A program made the translations under genes and the position numbers. From positions 133,920,001 through 133,984,000 of the forward strand of contig OX597815.1 in NCBI GenBank assembly GCA_951406725.2: a stretch of DNA of 64,000 nt, read 5' to 3'. The DNA comes from Octopus vulgaris. Lineage: Eukaryota. The notes beneath the pieces were generated by a model. The model did not search any database and was not told the origin of the DNA. It saw only the letters and a program-made list of their open reading frames with translations. Positions within the stretch are counted from its first letter, which is position 1. Each line of letters starts with the position of its first letter. Shown piece by piece: positions 39,197-53,501 of this stretch.

Positions 39197-39572
39197 AATG
39201 GTTGTGTGGTAAGAAGCTTGCTTCCCAACCACATGGTTCTGGGTTCAAGCCCACCATGTGGCACCTTGGGCAAGTGTCTTCTACTATAGCCTTGGGTCAA
39301 CCAAAGACTTGTAAGTGGATTAGGTAGATGGAAACTGAAAGAAGCCCATTGTATATGTGTGTGTGTGTCTTTATGTCTGTTTGTCCTTCCATCACTGCTT
39401 GACAACCAGTGTTAGTGTGTTTGCATCCCCATAACTTAATGGGTTGGGCAAAAGAGACCAATAGAATAAGTACTTGGCTTTAAAAAATAAGTCTTGGAGT
39501 TGATATCTTTGACTAAAAGGCAGTGCTCCAACATAGCCACAGTCAAATGACTGAAACAAGTAAAAGAAAAAA
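39197..39572 (+). mobile_element. CORE-type tRNA SINE
   Basis: Same head, microsatellite and gactgaaacaagtaaaaga tail as 27403-27825. Confidence 0.85.
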
Positions 39573-39844
39573 GACATAAGTGCTGTTCTCGGGCTACAAG
39601 ATGTGGACAAAAGTAGAATATAATGACTTGTGTTGAAAACAGAGCAAGAGAATATTAAAAGCAGGAACAATATTGGAAATTTTAGCAGTGTTCAGAAGAA
39701 TCATTTAAATTCTGACAGTTGAAAAACAAATTAAGATAATATCAATGATACAAATCATATGGAAATAATTTAGGAAATGCTCAGAATTTGCACCCCCAAT
39801 TAAATTTTTGCTTTTAATTAATAAGTATCCTATACATCATAAGT

Positions 39845-40305
39845 GCAGGCACGAGCATTCAATTGAGAGGTTCATTTCACAACCACATAGTTTCAGGTTC
39901 AGTCCCATAGTGTGGAATCTAGAACAAGTGTGTACTCCTATATCCCTGGGACAACCCAAGACATGTGAGTGAATTTGGTTGGCAGAAACCGAAAGAAGCT
40001 TGTATGTGTGTGTGCGTGTGTGTGTGTGTGTGCACACATATACACACGTGTATATGTGTGTTTGTGTCTCCTTTTCTTGACATTATGTGATGGTTGTAAA
40101 TGAGTATTATCATCATACAAACAAGGTTGTTTGGTTTCCACTCTTCTGTGAAAAGCATGTCTAGCTGTGGGAAAATATAACCTTACTTGGAAACAAGTAA
40201 GGGTTGGTGGCAGGAAAGACATCCAGCTGTAGAAAATCTGCTTTAATGAATTCCATCTGACCCATGCAAGCATGGAAAAGTGGACATTGAAACAGTGATG
40301 ATAAT
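39845..40305 (+). mobile_element. CORE-type SINE variant with RTE-like tail
   Basis: CORE-type head and (TG)n, followed by ...catccagctgtagaaaatctgc...catgcaagcatggaaaagtggacattgaaacagtgatgat. Confidence 0.75.
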
Positions 40306-43300
40306 AGTGATCCTATATATATCATATCTGCAATGATGTTGTTTGGCCCCAAATCAACTTTGAATTGAGCAGACCCACACCAAAGGGCATTTCAGCCACA
40401 ATCATACCGTTTTCATCTTGGAACTTAAGTATCGAGGACTACTTCATCTAATGTATCTCTCCCTTTTTCAAGATGATAGGATGTAATTTGAAGAATAATT
40501 CACTCCTAGCAGGCCAAAGTGACCACACCATCATTATCTCTAATTTTTGTATAACTAACAACCCTAGAGATCCCTACTAAATTTAGTAAGTCCCTTAGTT
40601 GATGTAACCAATCCATTTGCTGCACTGTACACTGACAGCATCCTCTTATCATCTTTATCATTCTAACCATTATCAACAGAGGGAGTGTACCTATTAACAC
40701 TTGAGAAACTTGATAAAACGTAATAACATCTGTTTTTACCTTTAAAGTTCCATTTTTTTTTCTGTTGCTCTTGTCAGGGATATCTCTTTTATTGGTCATT
40801 CTGTTTATTCTGGAGCACTTACATGTTACATATCTGTGTGCTTTTGTATGTATGTGTCTTTGTATATATATATATATGTATATGGTGTGTGTGTATATAT
40901 ATGAGTACATTTACTTGGTTTATGTGTGTATATAACATATCCTCTTCTCTTACTCCATATAGAGAGAGGAAGCTGGTTTTATAAATATATGTGTGTGTAT
41001 AAAATAGACCTTTATGTATTTTCTAAGTGGGATACCAACATATATCTTCAAGTCTTCTAGCAGACCTTCTGCCATTAGCTCCCTATCTTAAAGCTTGCTT
41101 TCAGTTGATCAAATTTCATCCAACCTCCACCCCCACACCCCCATCTCCATGAACATACCCATCTCTTCCTTTCCTCCACCCCATAGTTATTTTGCTTCAG
41201 CCCGTACACCTATCTACATCACAGATCCACCTACTTTCATACCTTTAACATAACACTCAACAACTAAAAAATATGCCTCAGAACATTTTTGTAAGATTCT
41301 TAATTTACCCAACCCTCCCCACCCGATTCCCACCTGCATTCCCCTAACTTATAGGAGACATGAATGAGATTGTACAATGTTGCTTCTGTTCTCATGGGTA
41401 TTTAGTGACATAACATAAATTACAATGGTTTACTATGGATTGTGGATGCACTTCACAGTTAGCTTACCTCTGCTGACTTGGAGATAGGATATATTTACAT
41501 AGGTATAATGTCTTATGTAAGAAAGAGAAGAACACAGGAGGAGCATTTGTTTTTTTCATTTTTGGTAGTTAGGAAAGAATAATTGGGAGAGTGATAAGTA
41601 AAATATCTTGTAGTCTCTTACATTATGAGTTCAAATCCTAGTAAAGCTGATTTAGATTTTCGTCCTTACAGGGTTGATGAAATAAGCTACCAGTCAGGAG
41701 GTCACTCTATTTTACTATACTCTCCCAAAATTTGTGTCATTATCATCATCATCATTTTCACATCCACTGCTACATGCTCACATGGGTCAGATAGATTTTG
41801 TTGGAGCAGATTTTCTTCAGCTGAATGCTCTTCCTGTCACTAACCTTCACCTGTTTCAAAATAATGTAATATTGACAACTATCACATGATGTCAAGACTA
41901 GGTGATAGCAACATGCACATACATACATACATACATGCATGGGGCTTCTTTCAGTATCCATCTACTAAATCCACTCACAGGGCAGTAGTAGAAGACACTT
42001 GTCCAAGATGTTGCACGGTAGGACTGAACCTGGAACCATGTGGTTGGGAAGTAAACTTCTTACCACACAGCAGCAATTGCATTTTGTTCTATTTTAGAAA
42101 TAATTTAGTCAGGAAGACAATTCCCTCAATCTTTGAAGGCCTTCCTAATGAGTGAGGTTGATGTGGTTGATATTCAGCTTGAATTTCTGTATATTGGTGA
42201 TTTGTAGAAGAAATAAGGAGCCAGATAGTTGGAGCATTCCAAAGGAATGCACTTCTAGGGAGAACGGTTTCCTTTATGTGAAACTATAGAGAGGGTTATA
42301 GAATGCTTTTGATTGTGTAAAAGCAGCAGTATCCTAAATATATAAGCACTATATTGATGTGAGTTTCATTTGAGCTTTCTAAAAATTCAGCAAATGAGCA
42401 GAACTTAGGTATTTTTTAGCAGTATTATGGCTTGACAATATTATACATGTTTCAAAACTAGGTAATATATAGTTTCAGACAAACTACTATAAATAATCCA
42501 GCCCTGTTTCCTGTTTTCTTCGCTGTCTTCTCTTACTCTGCTAGGTTTTTTTTTGAAAAATTACTTTGTGTGCCTCACATTTCACTTACAACAAGGAAAA
42601 ATATAAGTGTGTATGTGTGCATGTATGTATGTTATCTCCATGTATATTTATGTGTGTTGTTTTTAATTAAGTCCCAAATAAGAGATAAGAGTGTACTTTA
42701 AATCTTAAACATATTTTACATTTTTATCAAAATATTTCACCTACATCTTCATATTTATTTTTATTCACCCACTCTTTGTGCATAATTACTCAATGATAAA
42801 TAATTTTATATTAAAACCTTCCATTATGATTTTTTGTTAGAATCTTTTATCACGTTAAAAATACTCATTTAATAATAAAAACTTAGCTGTTTTTCTAAAT
42901 TCCATCAGATTCTTTGGTTATTTTCAAAATTACTCAAAACATACAAGGTGTATATTTCATTTGAATTTTTAAAGTTCATGCGATCAAAAATCTTCACATC
43001 AATACCCTAGGCCCAATCCCCCCCCCCCCACGCTCATTCCTTGCTATGGGTTGAGTGAATTGCTTGAAGAGAATAAATGAAATAACATTAAATGTAGAAG
43101 ACCTTTCAGGTATCATCATCATTGTTGTCATCATTTTAACAGCTACTTTTCTATGCTTGCATGAGGCAGACAGAACTCATTTGAGACAGATTTTCTGGGA
43201 TGCCCTTCCTGTCACCAACCCTCACTTGTTTCCAAGCAAGGCCATATTTCCCACTAACCAGACATGTTTTCAATGAAGACTGGAAATGGATAACTCTGCT

Positions 43301-43949
43301 TGTATGACAGTGACACTTGCGTACAACTATCACACAATGGTATGACAAGGAGAGACACACACATAAAGAGTTGTCCACTCACAAGGCTTTGGTTAGCCCA
43401 GGGTTATAGTAGAACACACTTGTCCAAGGTCCACACAGTGGGACTGAGCCTAAAAACCATGTGAATGGGTAAGTGAACTTCTTGACGAGACAACCATATC
43501 CGTGCCTATATCATTTAAAAATGGCATTAGCGATGTTTTCTGTCATTTCTGGCATGCGGATCTACTAGATGAGTTTCTTCATTCAACAATTCCACCTGTT
43601 TCTGATTTCTTGGATCAGACATCTCTTATCAGTCTTCCCCTATTACAGCATTGAACAAAGCTCTCTGAAACACCTTCAATCAAGCTCTGGTGTACTTTAC
43701 TTTTTGGTTATATATCCCTCCCATACCCTTCCTTCTATACAATGATGATTTCTGACATAGGCACAAGCTGCAAGTTTTTAGTGCAGCTGATTATGTGGCA
43801 AACTTTCATTTTATTAGCTCTGAAAGGTAAAAGAGAGTCAACATTTGACAGGATCTCAAATCAGAGCATAAAGGAGTGTAACTAAATACCATATGGAATT
43901 TTGTCTGCCATCCTTCACTGTTTCTTCTGACCACACTCATACCCTACAC

Positions 43950-44233
43950 CAGTGCTACTCAAAGTGGTCTGCAGACTGGTGCCGGTCCACAAGCCATCAG
44001 CTGCCAGTATGCAGCAAGTTTCCAGAAAAGAAAGAAACATTATAAAGTGCTTATGTAATATTGTATTATTTGTTTACAAAATAAATATGAGTTAAAAATT
44101 GTCAACTTTTATTATATTCATTATATATATTGTTTCTGGTATAAATTAATATTACAAAGAAATATTACCAGTCCCTGGCACATTGGAAAAAAAAACTGCC
44201 AGTACACCACATCAGGTAGTTTGAGAAGCACTG
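43950..44233. mobile_element. hAT-Charlie MITE, 284 bp
   Basis: TIRs cagtgctactcaaa and tttgagaagcactg; perfect 8-bp TSD ccctacac (43942-43949, 44234-44241). Confidence 0.93.
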
Positions 44234-44727
44234 CCCTACACAATCGCTCCTTAAATTATCTTTCACAGACACCACCCTTATGTAACCTTGACTCCTCGTG
44301 TAACATGCTCCAGCTTTGACAAATGCATTCCAGCTTTGACACAACAAATATACAATACATAGTGAACAAATGTGAACTACAAGATGTATTGTAGGCAACA
44401 TATTGAAGAAAGTAATAATTCCTAATAAAAGTAACACAAGTTGGAGAGGATCCTTTAATCCTGTTACAGAAAACCTCTATGGTACTAGTGGTTTAATAAA
44501 ATACACCTAGTCAGTATAGTAAACTGGTTGATGATAGGGGAGAATTCGGCTATAAAAACTTGGTGTATGTTGCCAGATGTCAAAGAGCCACAATGGGAGG
44601 TAAGCTGCTTTGATACCTTTTCAGCCCATGCAAGCATGGAAAAGGGGATGTTAAAATAATAGTGTTTATATCATTTTCAAATGTCCACTTTCCAAGCTTG
44701 AATAGATCCTCTACACAATTTATACAG

Positions 44728-44930
<203 letters not shown>

Positions 44931-45277
44931 TCCAGACACTGCCAGCAAAAGAAAATGGGTAAAATCAGTACCTGTTATTCATAGCATTTCTTTTTAAGCA
45001 GCTCTAAGCTGCATCAACATTTTGTAGGACAAGACTGAGCAGACGCTCTTGATGAAACAGCAACAGCCCATCAAAGCCAGTCAAGCTGTTCATGAGTTCA
45101 TTCAGTAAAGAGCACTCCTGTTGTTTAACTCCAAGGTCTATTTGCATAGTAATGTTTCCTGTATATTTATCAAACATATGCACATGAATTTATTTAGAAT
45201 TTATTTTTACATGTGTTGTTTCAGATGTTCAGTTGTGCACACATAAGCATATATCTATCTGTCTGTCTATTTGTCTG

Positions 45278-45345
<68 letters not shown>

Positions 45346-45629
45346 CCTACCTATCTATTCTTATATGCATGTGTGTGTATAAATGTGTGTGTAAGTGTGT
45401 GTGCAATAGGATCAATGTATAAACAGGCAAAACAACAGGTATCAGGTTAGATTATGACATACCTTTAGATTATAGCATATCTTTAAACATGATGGTTGAG
45501 TTGTTACATCAGTAAAGATCATAAGGAGGAAGGAAGTAACATGTACAGAAGGTCTCTTCCAGCTGTTTCAAGAACAGATGCATAAATAGTGCATCCTGTG
45601 CAAAAGAAGCAGCAGCTAGTCATATAGCA

Positions 45630-46250
45630 GCACACATGGCTCAGTAGTTAGACTGTTGAGCTCACAATCATGAGGTAGTGAGTTCGATTCCTAGACCAGG
45701 CTGTGTGTTGTTTTCTTGAGCAGTTCATTCAGCTTTAGAAATGATTTGTGACATCACTGATGTCAAGTTGCATCAGTGGAGGCACCTGGCCTAGAGGTTA
45801 GAGCAGCAGACTCGCAGTCGAGGGGTCGCGGGTTCAAATCTCAGACCGGGCGATGTGTGTGTTTATGAGCAAAATACCTAAGCTCCACATGACTCCGGCA
45901 GAAGGTAATGGCGAACTTCTGCTGACTCTTTCGCCACAACTTTCTCTCACTCTTTCCTCCTGCATCTTGCAGCTCACCTGCAATGGACCGGTGTCCCGTC
46001 CAGGTGGGGAACCTGCACGCCAAGGAAACCAGGAAACCGGCCCTTATGAGCCAGGCATGGCTCGAGAAGGAACAAACAACAAGTTGCATCAGCCTTTGCC
46101 TTTCCCGTGAATAACATCAGTGGTGTGAAGAGGGGAGGTTGGTATGTATGAGCGGCTGTTGGTCTTCCATAAACAACCTTGCCTGGACTTGTGTCTCAGA
46201 GGGTAACTTTCTAGGTGCAATCCTATGACCATTCATGACCGAAGGATGTC
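45630..46250 (+). mobile_element. tRNA SINE (family of 15711-16040) split by a younger SINE
   Basis: Head tggctcagtagttag..gagttcgattcc; the tail resumes after 46092 and matches 15870-16030. Confidence 0.8.
45777..46079 (+). mobile_element. Young tRNA SINE with V-domain-like segment and 13-bp TSD
   Basis: A-box tggcctagaggttagagc, B-box gggttcaaatctc, cctgcaatggaccggtgtcccgtccagg (V-SINE-like); TSD caagttgcatcag at 45764-45776 and 46080-46092. Confidence 0.88.
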
Positions 46251-46466
46251 CTTTGCATCATCAGAGGGAGAATGGGATAGAACTTTAGTTGAAAACTTTG
46301 GTTTACTAATATTGTGGAGTATACAGGAAGGTTAAAACCTCTAAAATCTTTGCTTTTAGTTACAGTTCAAGTTGGACTTATATGCAGCAAGTCAACTTTG
46401 AGCGCTAATTGTATGTACCTACTGCTTTACATCATCAGACATGATATTATTTGAATTCTATTGCTA

Positions 46467-46845
46467 GTTTGTTTGTTTGTTTGTTTGCTTGTTTGTTTGT
46501 TTGTTTGTTTGTTTGTATGTATGTATGTATGTATGTATGTATGTATGTATGGATGGATGGATGGATGGATGGATGGATGGATGGATGGATGGATGGATGG
46601 ATGGATGGATGGATGGATGTGTGTGTGTGTGTGTGTATGCATACATGCATATATGTCAACACACACACATGTATATACATCTTTACACACACAATCACAC
46701 ACTCACACACATGCATATACATCTGTACATACACAATTGCATGCATGCAAACATACACACACACACACACATGTATATACATCTGTACATGCACAGTTGC
46801 ATGCATGCGCACATACACACACTCACACACATACATGCATGCATA
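46467..46845. repeat. Compound (GTTT)n(GTAT)n(GGAT)n(GT)n microsatellite plus a CA-rich ~62-bp repeat
   Basis: Seen directly. Confidence 0.93.
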
Positions 46846-47589
46846 TTCAAACTCTGCTCCATGTGTGAGTGTATTGCAATAATTCTATTTTAATTAATCA
46901 TTGAACCTTCAACTTTCTTCATTTTATGTTCAGAAATGGCAGAAAATTGAGTGGGGAAACAATTATTTTTGTTTCCTTTTTCACATTAAACATGGTTAAC
47001 TTAAATCAATGGGAATCAATTTAAACTTGTTAGTTAATCAATAGAAAATGTTAACCCCCCCACCCTCTCACCCATTGTTAAAGCAATCATAATTTTTAAC
47101 CTTACTCTGACAGGCTTTTTAAACCTGACAGTTTTAATAATCTTGTATCTGTCATTAAAAGGACCCCAATGTTCTGATGCTACAAGTGGGGAAAAAAGGG
47201 GTTATCATTTTCATCTTGTCTGTGCTTTTTGCTCCCTGCCTTTTGTTTTCCCCCTCCTTTTCCTGCTTTGTTCTATCTCTGTCTCTCTTTCTCCCTATCT
47301 ATATCTCTTTCCCTTCCTCTCTTTCTCTCGTTGTTTCTATTTCTCTATCCCTCCCCTCTGTTCTTTGTCTTTATATTTGTTATTTTTCGATAGTAGGGAT
47401 CTTCATTTCTGTTTTCCCTACCTCATCTCTTCATATTCAACCCACTCCCAACCCATATTTCAACAATGCATCTGTCACCTTTTCCTACCAACTCTTTTCC
47501 AAATTCTGAAATCTTGTTTCTTTCTTCTTATTTTGAACTAAATCTTTCTTCTGTCCTTATTTACCTGTTCATTTTATCCTTCTCTCTGT

Positions 47590-48300
<711 letters not shown>

Positions 48301-48800
48301 CCTCTATTCATCTCTATGCATCCTTCCTTCAATTTAACTATCTATCAATCCATTTCTCAGTTTGTTAACCTTTACTTGCATCTATTTATCTATCTAACCA
48401 CCTTCCTCCCTCTGTACATACATACATACACCTTAATATTCCTGCAAAGATCTTTCATTACCCTCCCCCTCTTTACTTCTCTATAAATACCTCCCCCATT
48501 CTCCTTACTCTCCCTTATAACCTCCCCCAATTATCCCAACAGTCCTTTAATTCTGCTCTCTTTGTATCTTTTCTGTACTTCATTCCCTGCTTTGCATCTT
48601 CACATGTCACTTTGGTTTTCATTAATATCATTGTTGTTGTTGTCTTTCTCTTCACCATTGTTCTTCTCTCCCTTCTCCCCCTTTTCCTTATCTACCACCA
48701 CCTCCTCCTCCTTCACCTCCACAACCTTTCATACTGTTTTTTTTTCTTCTTGTTTTCCATTTCCTTTTCCTTTGCTATCCTCCCTATTCTTCCTCCGTAG

Positions 48801-48830
48801 CTGAAGACATACTGCGAGAGTATATCCAGT
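48801..48830 (+). other. Candidate 30-nt microexon
   Basis: Long pyrimidine tract ending cttcctccgtag|CTGAAGACATACTGCGAGAGTATATCCAGT|gtgagg; open in phase 0 (LKTYCESISS) and phase 1 (xEDILREYIQx). Confidence 0.3.
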
Positions 48831-49334
48831 GTGAGGAGGGGTGCTAGTGTGAAACAAACTGCTTAAATACATGCAGATTTTCAACCACAAAAAAAATTAA
48901 TGGAATGGTAAATTGGTTGTCATAACTGGTCTAACAATAGGTCAAAAATATCTTATCCCTAAAATAACTGGCAGAATTGGTGAACACCATTAAATCTTTC
49001 AAATCTAGCATGACAAGGTCACAATAACCCCTTGTTCTAGCTGGTTTCTTGTCTTGGTACCACTTGGTTATAATATTTTATTGTGGTTATTTAGTCCCCA
49101 ACCGAGACCTAATTAGACAAACCTTTGATCAAATGTGTTCCAATAATGATTGTTCTGTCTTTTTTTCTAAGCTAATATATCTACATTATTAACCAATGTG
49201 TTCTTCAATTTTTTAAGGTACTAGATTGTGATATGGAAGAGATTGGCACCTATTTCTTGCAGGCCAAGCAATTACATAGAAACTCTTTCATTCACTTGAT
49301 CCTGTTGTACTTTTCCCCTTGCTGGTACTTTGTC

Positions 49335-49690
49335 CTGGTATCTGACTGTTGTGTCTGTCATGGTACCACTGAACTGTTGTACCTTATTAGGGTACCACCT
49401 GATTGTTATACCTTATGGTACCACCCGATTGTTGTACTTTATCATGGTACCACCCAGCTGTTGTACCTTATAATGGTACCACCCGACTATTGTTCCTTGA
49501 CATAGTACCACCTGATTGTTGTACTTTATGATGATACCACCTGACTGTTGTAACTTATAATGGTACCACCTAACTGTTATACTTTATCATGGTACCATTT
49601 GACTGTTGTACCTTATCATGGGGCCATCTAACTGTTGTACCATTGTTGTAGCTTGTACCTGATTATGGTACTTTGTCATGATACCATTAG
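49335..49690. repeat. 29-bp minisatellite, about 11-12 diverged copies
   Basis: Consensus TGGTACCACCTGACTGTTGTACCTTATCA, head-to-tail with no spacers. Confidence 0.9.
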
Positions 49691-50320
49691 GCATTTTTTC
49701 TAGAAATAACTTATAGAAGTAAAGTTTCAATACTTAAGAAATCTATTTATTTCCAGTAATGTCTCCAAAATGGTATTTTGGAATTTGTCTAAAATATATG
49801 CACATTCAGCCAAGATTGTATAGTGCATATATGTTTTATTTTAACCCAAATACTTGCAATGGAGTATAGTCCACTAATGGCAGCCCTTGAGTCAAGTGGT
49901 AGTGTTTAACTGGGTAAAGGATTAACTCTGCTACCCTAGAGCAGGAGTATTTTTTTCCAACAAGTTAGACTTCTGCACAGTTTCCAGTGACTGGATTTTG
50001 CTCACAATGCTTCGATTGACCTGAGGCTATAGTAGATATTTTCCCAAGGTTACCACACAAGGGAATTGAAACCAACTAGATGCAGGGCAAATGTTTTGAC
50101 CACACAGCCAGTATCACTGCCCATGTGAACAAGGATGGCTTGCAAGAGATTTTTTGTGGACATTGTAGAGCTGAAATGTGTTCCCACCGAGCTATGCTCC
50201 ATTTCCAATCATGTTCACTTGAGATATTCCATTAATGTCCTTCTGAAAGACATAAATATGACAAGCTTAATATTGTTCCTTATAAATATTCATGCCTCTC
50301 ATCACCAAAATGATTATTAT

Positions 50321-50370
<50 letters not shown>

Positions 50371-50554
50371 TTATTAATGTTATTAGCAGCAGCAGCAGCC
50401 TTCATCCTTATTGTAGTTTCTGGCATTATTTACTTTGGTTTCCTTCAAAATTTGAAGAAATGAGTTTGGTTAACAACACCAGAAACCTAATATTGATGCT
50501 GCCATTATTGTATTCCTCAACAGAAAATTCCTTACACATTATACCAGAGGGAGC

Positions 50555-50593
<39 letters not shown>

Positions 50594-52215
50594 ACATACC
50601 TGCAAATATATAAAATATCATTTCAGCTGTAATTCCAAAAGTGCTCATCACATTTTTCAGTAGCAATAAGATGAGGCTTCATTGTGGAATCAAAACTTCT
50701 AAAGCATCACTATTGATGATTGTTAATCAGATCAGCTTTACATCCTCCTCCTCCTTGTCCCCTTTCTTCAATATTAACATGCCCCTCCTCCTATCCTTAA
50801 CCAACCTAACCTGTTTCATTCTTTCAGTTTGTAAACAAGCAAACTGCAAATGGCATCCGTTGTCTGGCTTGACCTCAACTTATCACCTTTAAGTCTTCAT
50901 AATGAACAAAAACTGTTGAAATCAGAGTTTTATTGTAATCCTCTCAAGACTTGCCTTTTCTTTCAGCACATTTGTTGTTGCTGTGTATGTTCTACAACAG
51001 TTTTTATATAGCTTTCTTTTTTTCCTTTTTTTATTAATTTGATATTTTCTTCTCTCTCGTGTACATATGTGATACTGGTGGTGGAGGTGGTGTGTGATAT
51101 TTCATTCATTTATGGTTTAGTTGGTTCTGTATGCATGTAATTTCATGGTTCACTTACGTTGCTCTTGTAACAAGCGTGTCGTTAATTCAATTCCTGGCTT
51201 CTGGTTAAACAAGCTTCCTTGTCTAAGCACCAATGTCATTTTGTCAGATATTGTAGTTTAGGATATTCCAGATAATCTTATTATGAAATAAAACCTCTTT
51301 CATTCATGTTTTGTTTGCATCGGATTTATTGCCAGTCTACAATTACTTCTCACTTTATACTGGTAGATTTTATGAAATTATTATTGAATTCCTACTAATT
51401 TTCTGAAATAGGAAAATAATTAAAAAAATAAAACTATATAAAATCTGAAATATTTGAATAAATTTCTGCATGTGTGTGTGTGTGTGTGTGGTTTTCATAG
51501 TAGTATAAAGAAATCAGCAAATTGCTTTTGTTTCCATTGAACAGTCTAAACTAATCAAATCAAGTGTGATAGTAGAATGGTAATTTGGTAATTACCAGTG
51601 AGTGCTAGTGCCATACTAAAGAAAATGGTTGAATTGATTCAAAATAGATAACATAGATATAAAGTAACTAGAAGCTACATATTTATTTCTGCGACTAGTA
51701 CTAAAAGTCACAACCAATGCTAACACCACCAATCTCTCAAACTGGCCTCTATACCAGCCAACAAGGGAGCCTCTACACAGTCACTCAACCTGCTAGAAAT
51801 AACAATTAAATTCCTTTCAAATCATATCTTATTGTCTTAAAAAGGGAAGAAAACATTGAAAAATGTAGTTTGGCTCCATAATCTGAAAACAAGATGGAGT
51901 AGTTATGGTTGGAATATTTTGATCATAGGTTTGTTTGATCAGAGACAACAATTGATTGGCCTCTATCAAGCATTTTCCTATTTAGACTTAAACCATCACT
52001 AAGTTTTTGAACTGGGTTTCTAAATTTTCTTAAATTTCTTGTTGGTTGCATGAAAAAAAAAGTACCCAGTACATGCTGTAAAGTGGTTGGTGTTAGGAAT
52101 TGTATCCAGCAGTAGAAACCATGCCAAAGCAGATATTGGAGTACAATATAGTCCTTGGACCCATCAAATGCTGTCAAACCATCCAACCCATGACAGCAGG
52201 GAGCATGGACATTAA

Positions 52216-52427
52216 CCCTTTCGTGTTCATATTACTCTGTCAAATATATTGCTTATTTATTTACATTGTTTTGATTTAATCATACATTATCTTGAAGCTT
52301 AGAGATTCCAGTGAGGTGGCTGCTTAATGTTTACAGTAGCATTGTTAGGTAGGTGTGAGAAGCCAGTTTGAACATAAAACATATAGAGAGTTTTGGGGTA
52401 GACATGGTTAGTTTAAATCCTAAAGGA
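52216..52427. mobile_element. piggyBac-type MITE (inverted relative to 19532-19751)
   Basis: TTAA-ccctttcgtgttca ... taaatcctaaagga-TTAA; inserted in the ggac.ttaa tail of an RTE-tailed SINE. Confidence 0.78.
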
Positions 52428-53271
52428 TTAAATATGAATGGATGGATGGATGGATGGATGGATGGATGGGTGGGTGGGTGGGTATTGGTGGTGGTGGTGT
52501 GGCGGAGGAGGAGGAGGAAATGGTTAGCATGCTGGCAGAACGCTTTTGCAGCATTTTGTCTGTCTTCATATTCTGAGTTCAAATTCTGTCATGGTTGGCT
52601 TTGCCTTTCTTCTTTTTGGGTTTCATAAAATAAGTACCAGTTGCATACTGGGGTCAATGTAATCAACTTAAAACAATGTCTGAAAATATGATAGTCATAA
52701 ATGGAATACTTTGATAGGTATGTGTATATATTTGTCTATATATATATATATGTATACATGTGTACATATACAGACATATGTTGATCATCATCACCACCAT
52801 CATTATTATCATCATTGTTTTAATGTCCACTATTCCATGCTTGCATGGATCAGATGGAATTTGTTGAGACAGATTTTTTATAGCTGGATGCCATTCCTAT
52901 GACCAGCCTGCTCCTGCTTCCAAGCAAGATATTCTATTCTCTTGACTGAACATGTTTCCATGGAAGACTGAAAATGAATAGCACCAGTTGTCTGATGAAG
53001 ACACGCATTTTCAACCAACATGCAGTGTCATGAGACATCAAAGAGAGACACACACACACATGTGTGTGTGTGTGTGTGTGTGCGCACGTGCGCGCGCGTG
53101 TGTGTGTGCGCGTGTGTGTGTGTACGCGTGTGTGTGTGTGTGCGCGTGTGTGTGTGTGTGCGCGCGTGTGTGCTCCTCTTTCAGTTTCCATCCACCAACT
53201 TCATTCATAAGCTTTTGGTTGACTCAGTAAGTGTCCAATATGAATTAAACACCCTCTTATTTTCCAATCTT

Positions 53272-53501
53272 ATTTCTTTACTGCCCACAAGGGGCTACAC
53301 ACAGAGGGGACAAACAAGGACAGACAAAGGGATTAAGTTGATTATATCGACCCCAGTGCGTAACTGGTACTTATTTAATCGACCCTGAAAGGATGAAAGG
53401 CAAAGTCGACCTCAGCGGAATTTGAACTTAGAACGTAGTGGCAGACGAAATACTGCTAAGCATTTCGCCTGGTGTGCTAATGTTTCTACCAGCTCGCTGC
53501 C
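53272..53501 (-). mobile_element. Meta/MESC-like SINE with alternative tail and TSD
   Basis: Family match; ttattttc(c)aatctt on both flanks. Confidence 0.87.

Noticed and set aside
45780-45850. tRNA gene
   Set aside because: A/B boxes continue into a SINE body with a TSD; no proper acceptor stem or terminator.
49335-49690. CRISPR-like array
   Set aside because: Contiguous diverged units with no unique spacers, no cas genes, eukaryotic context.
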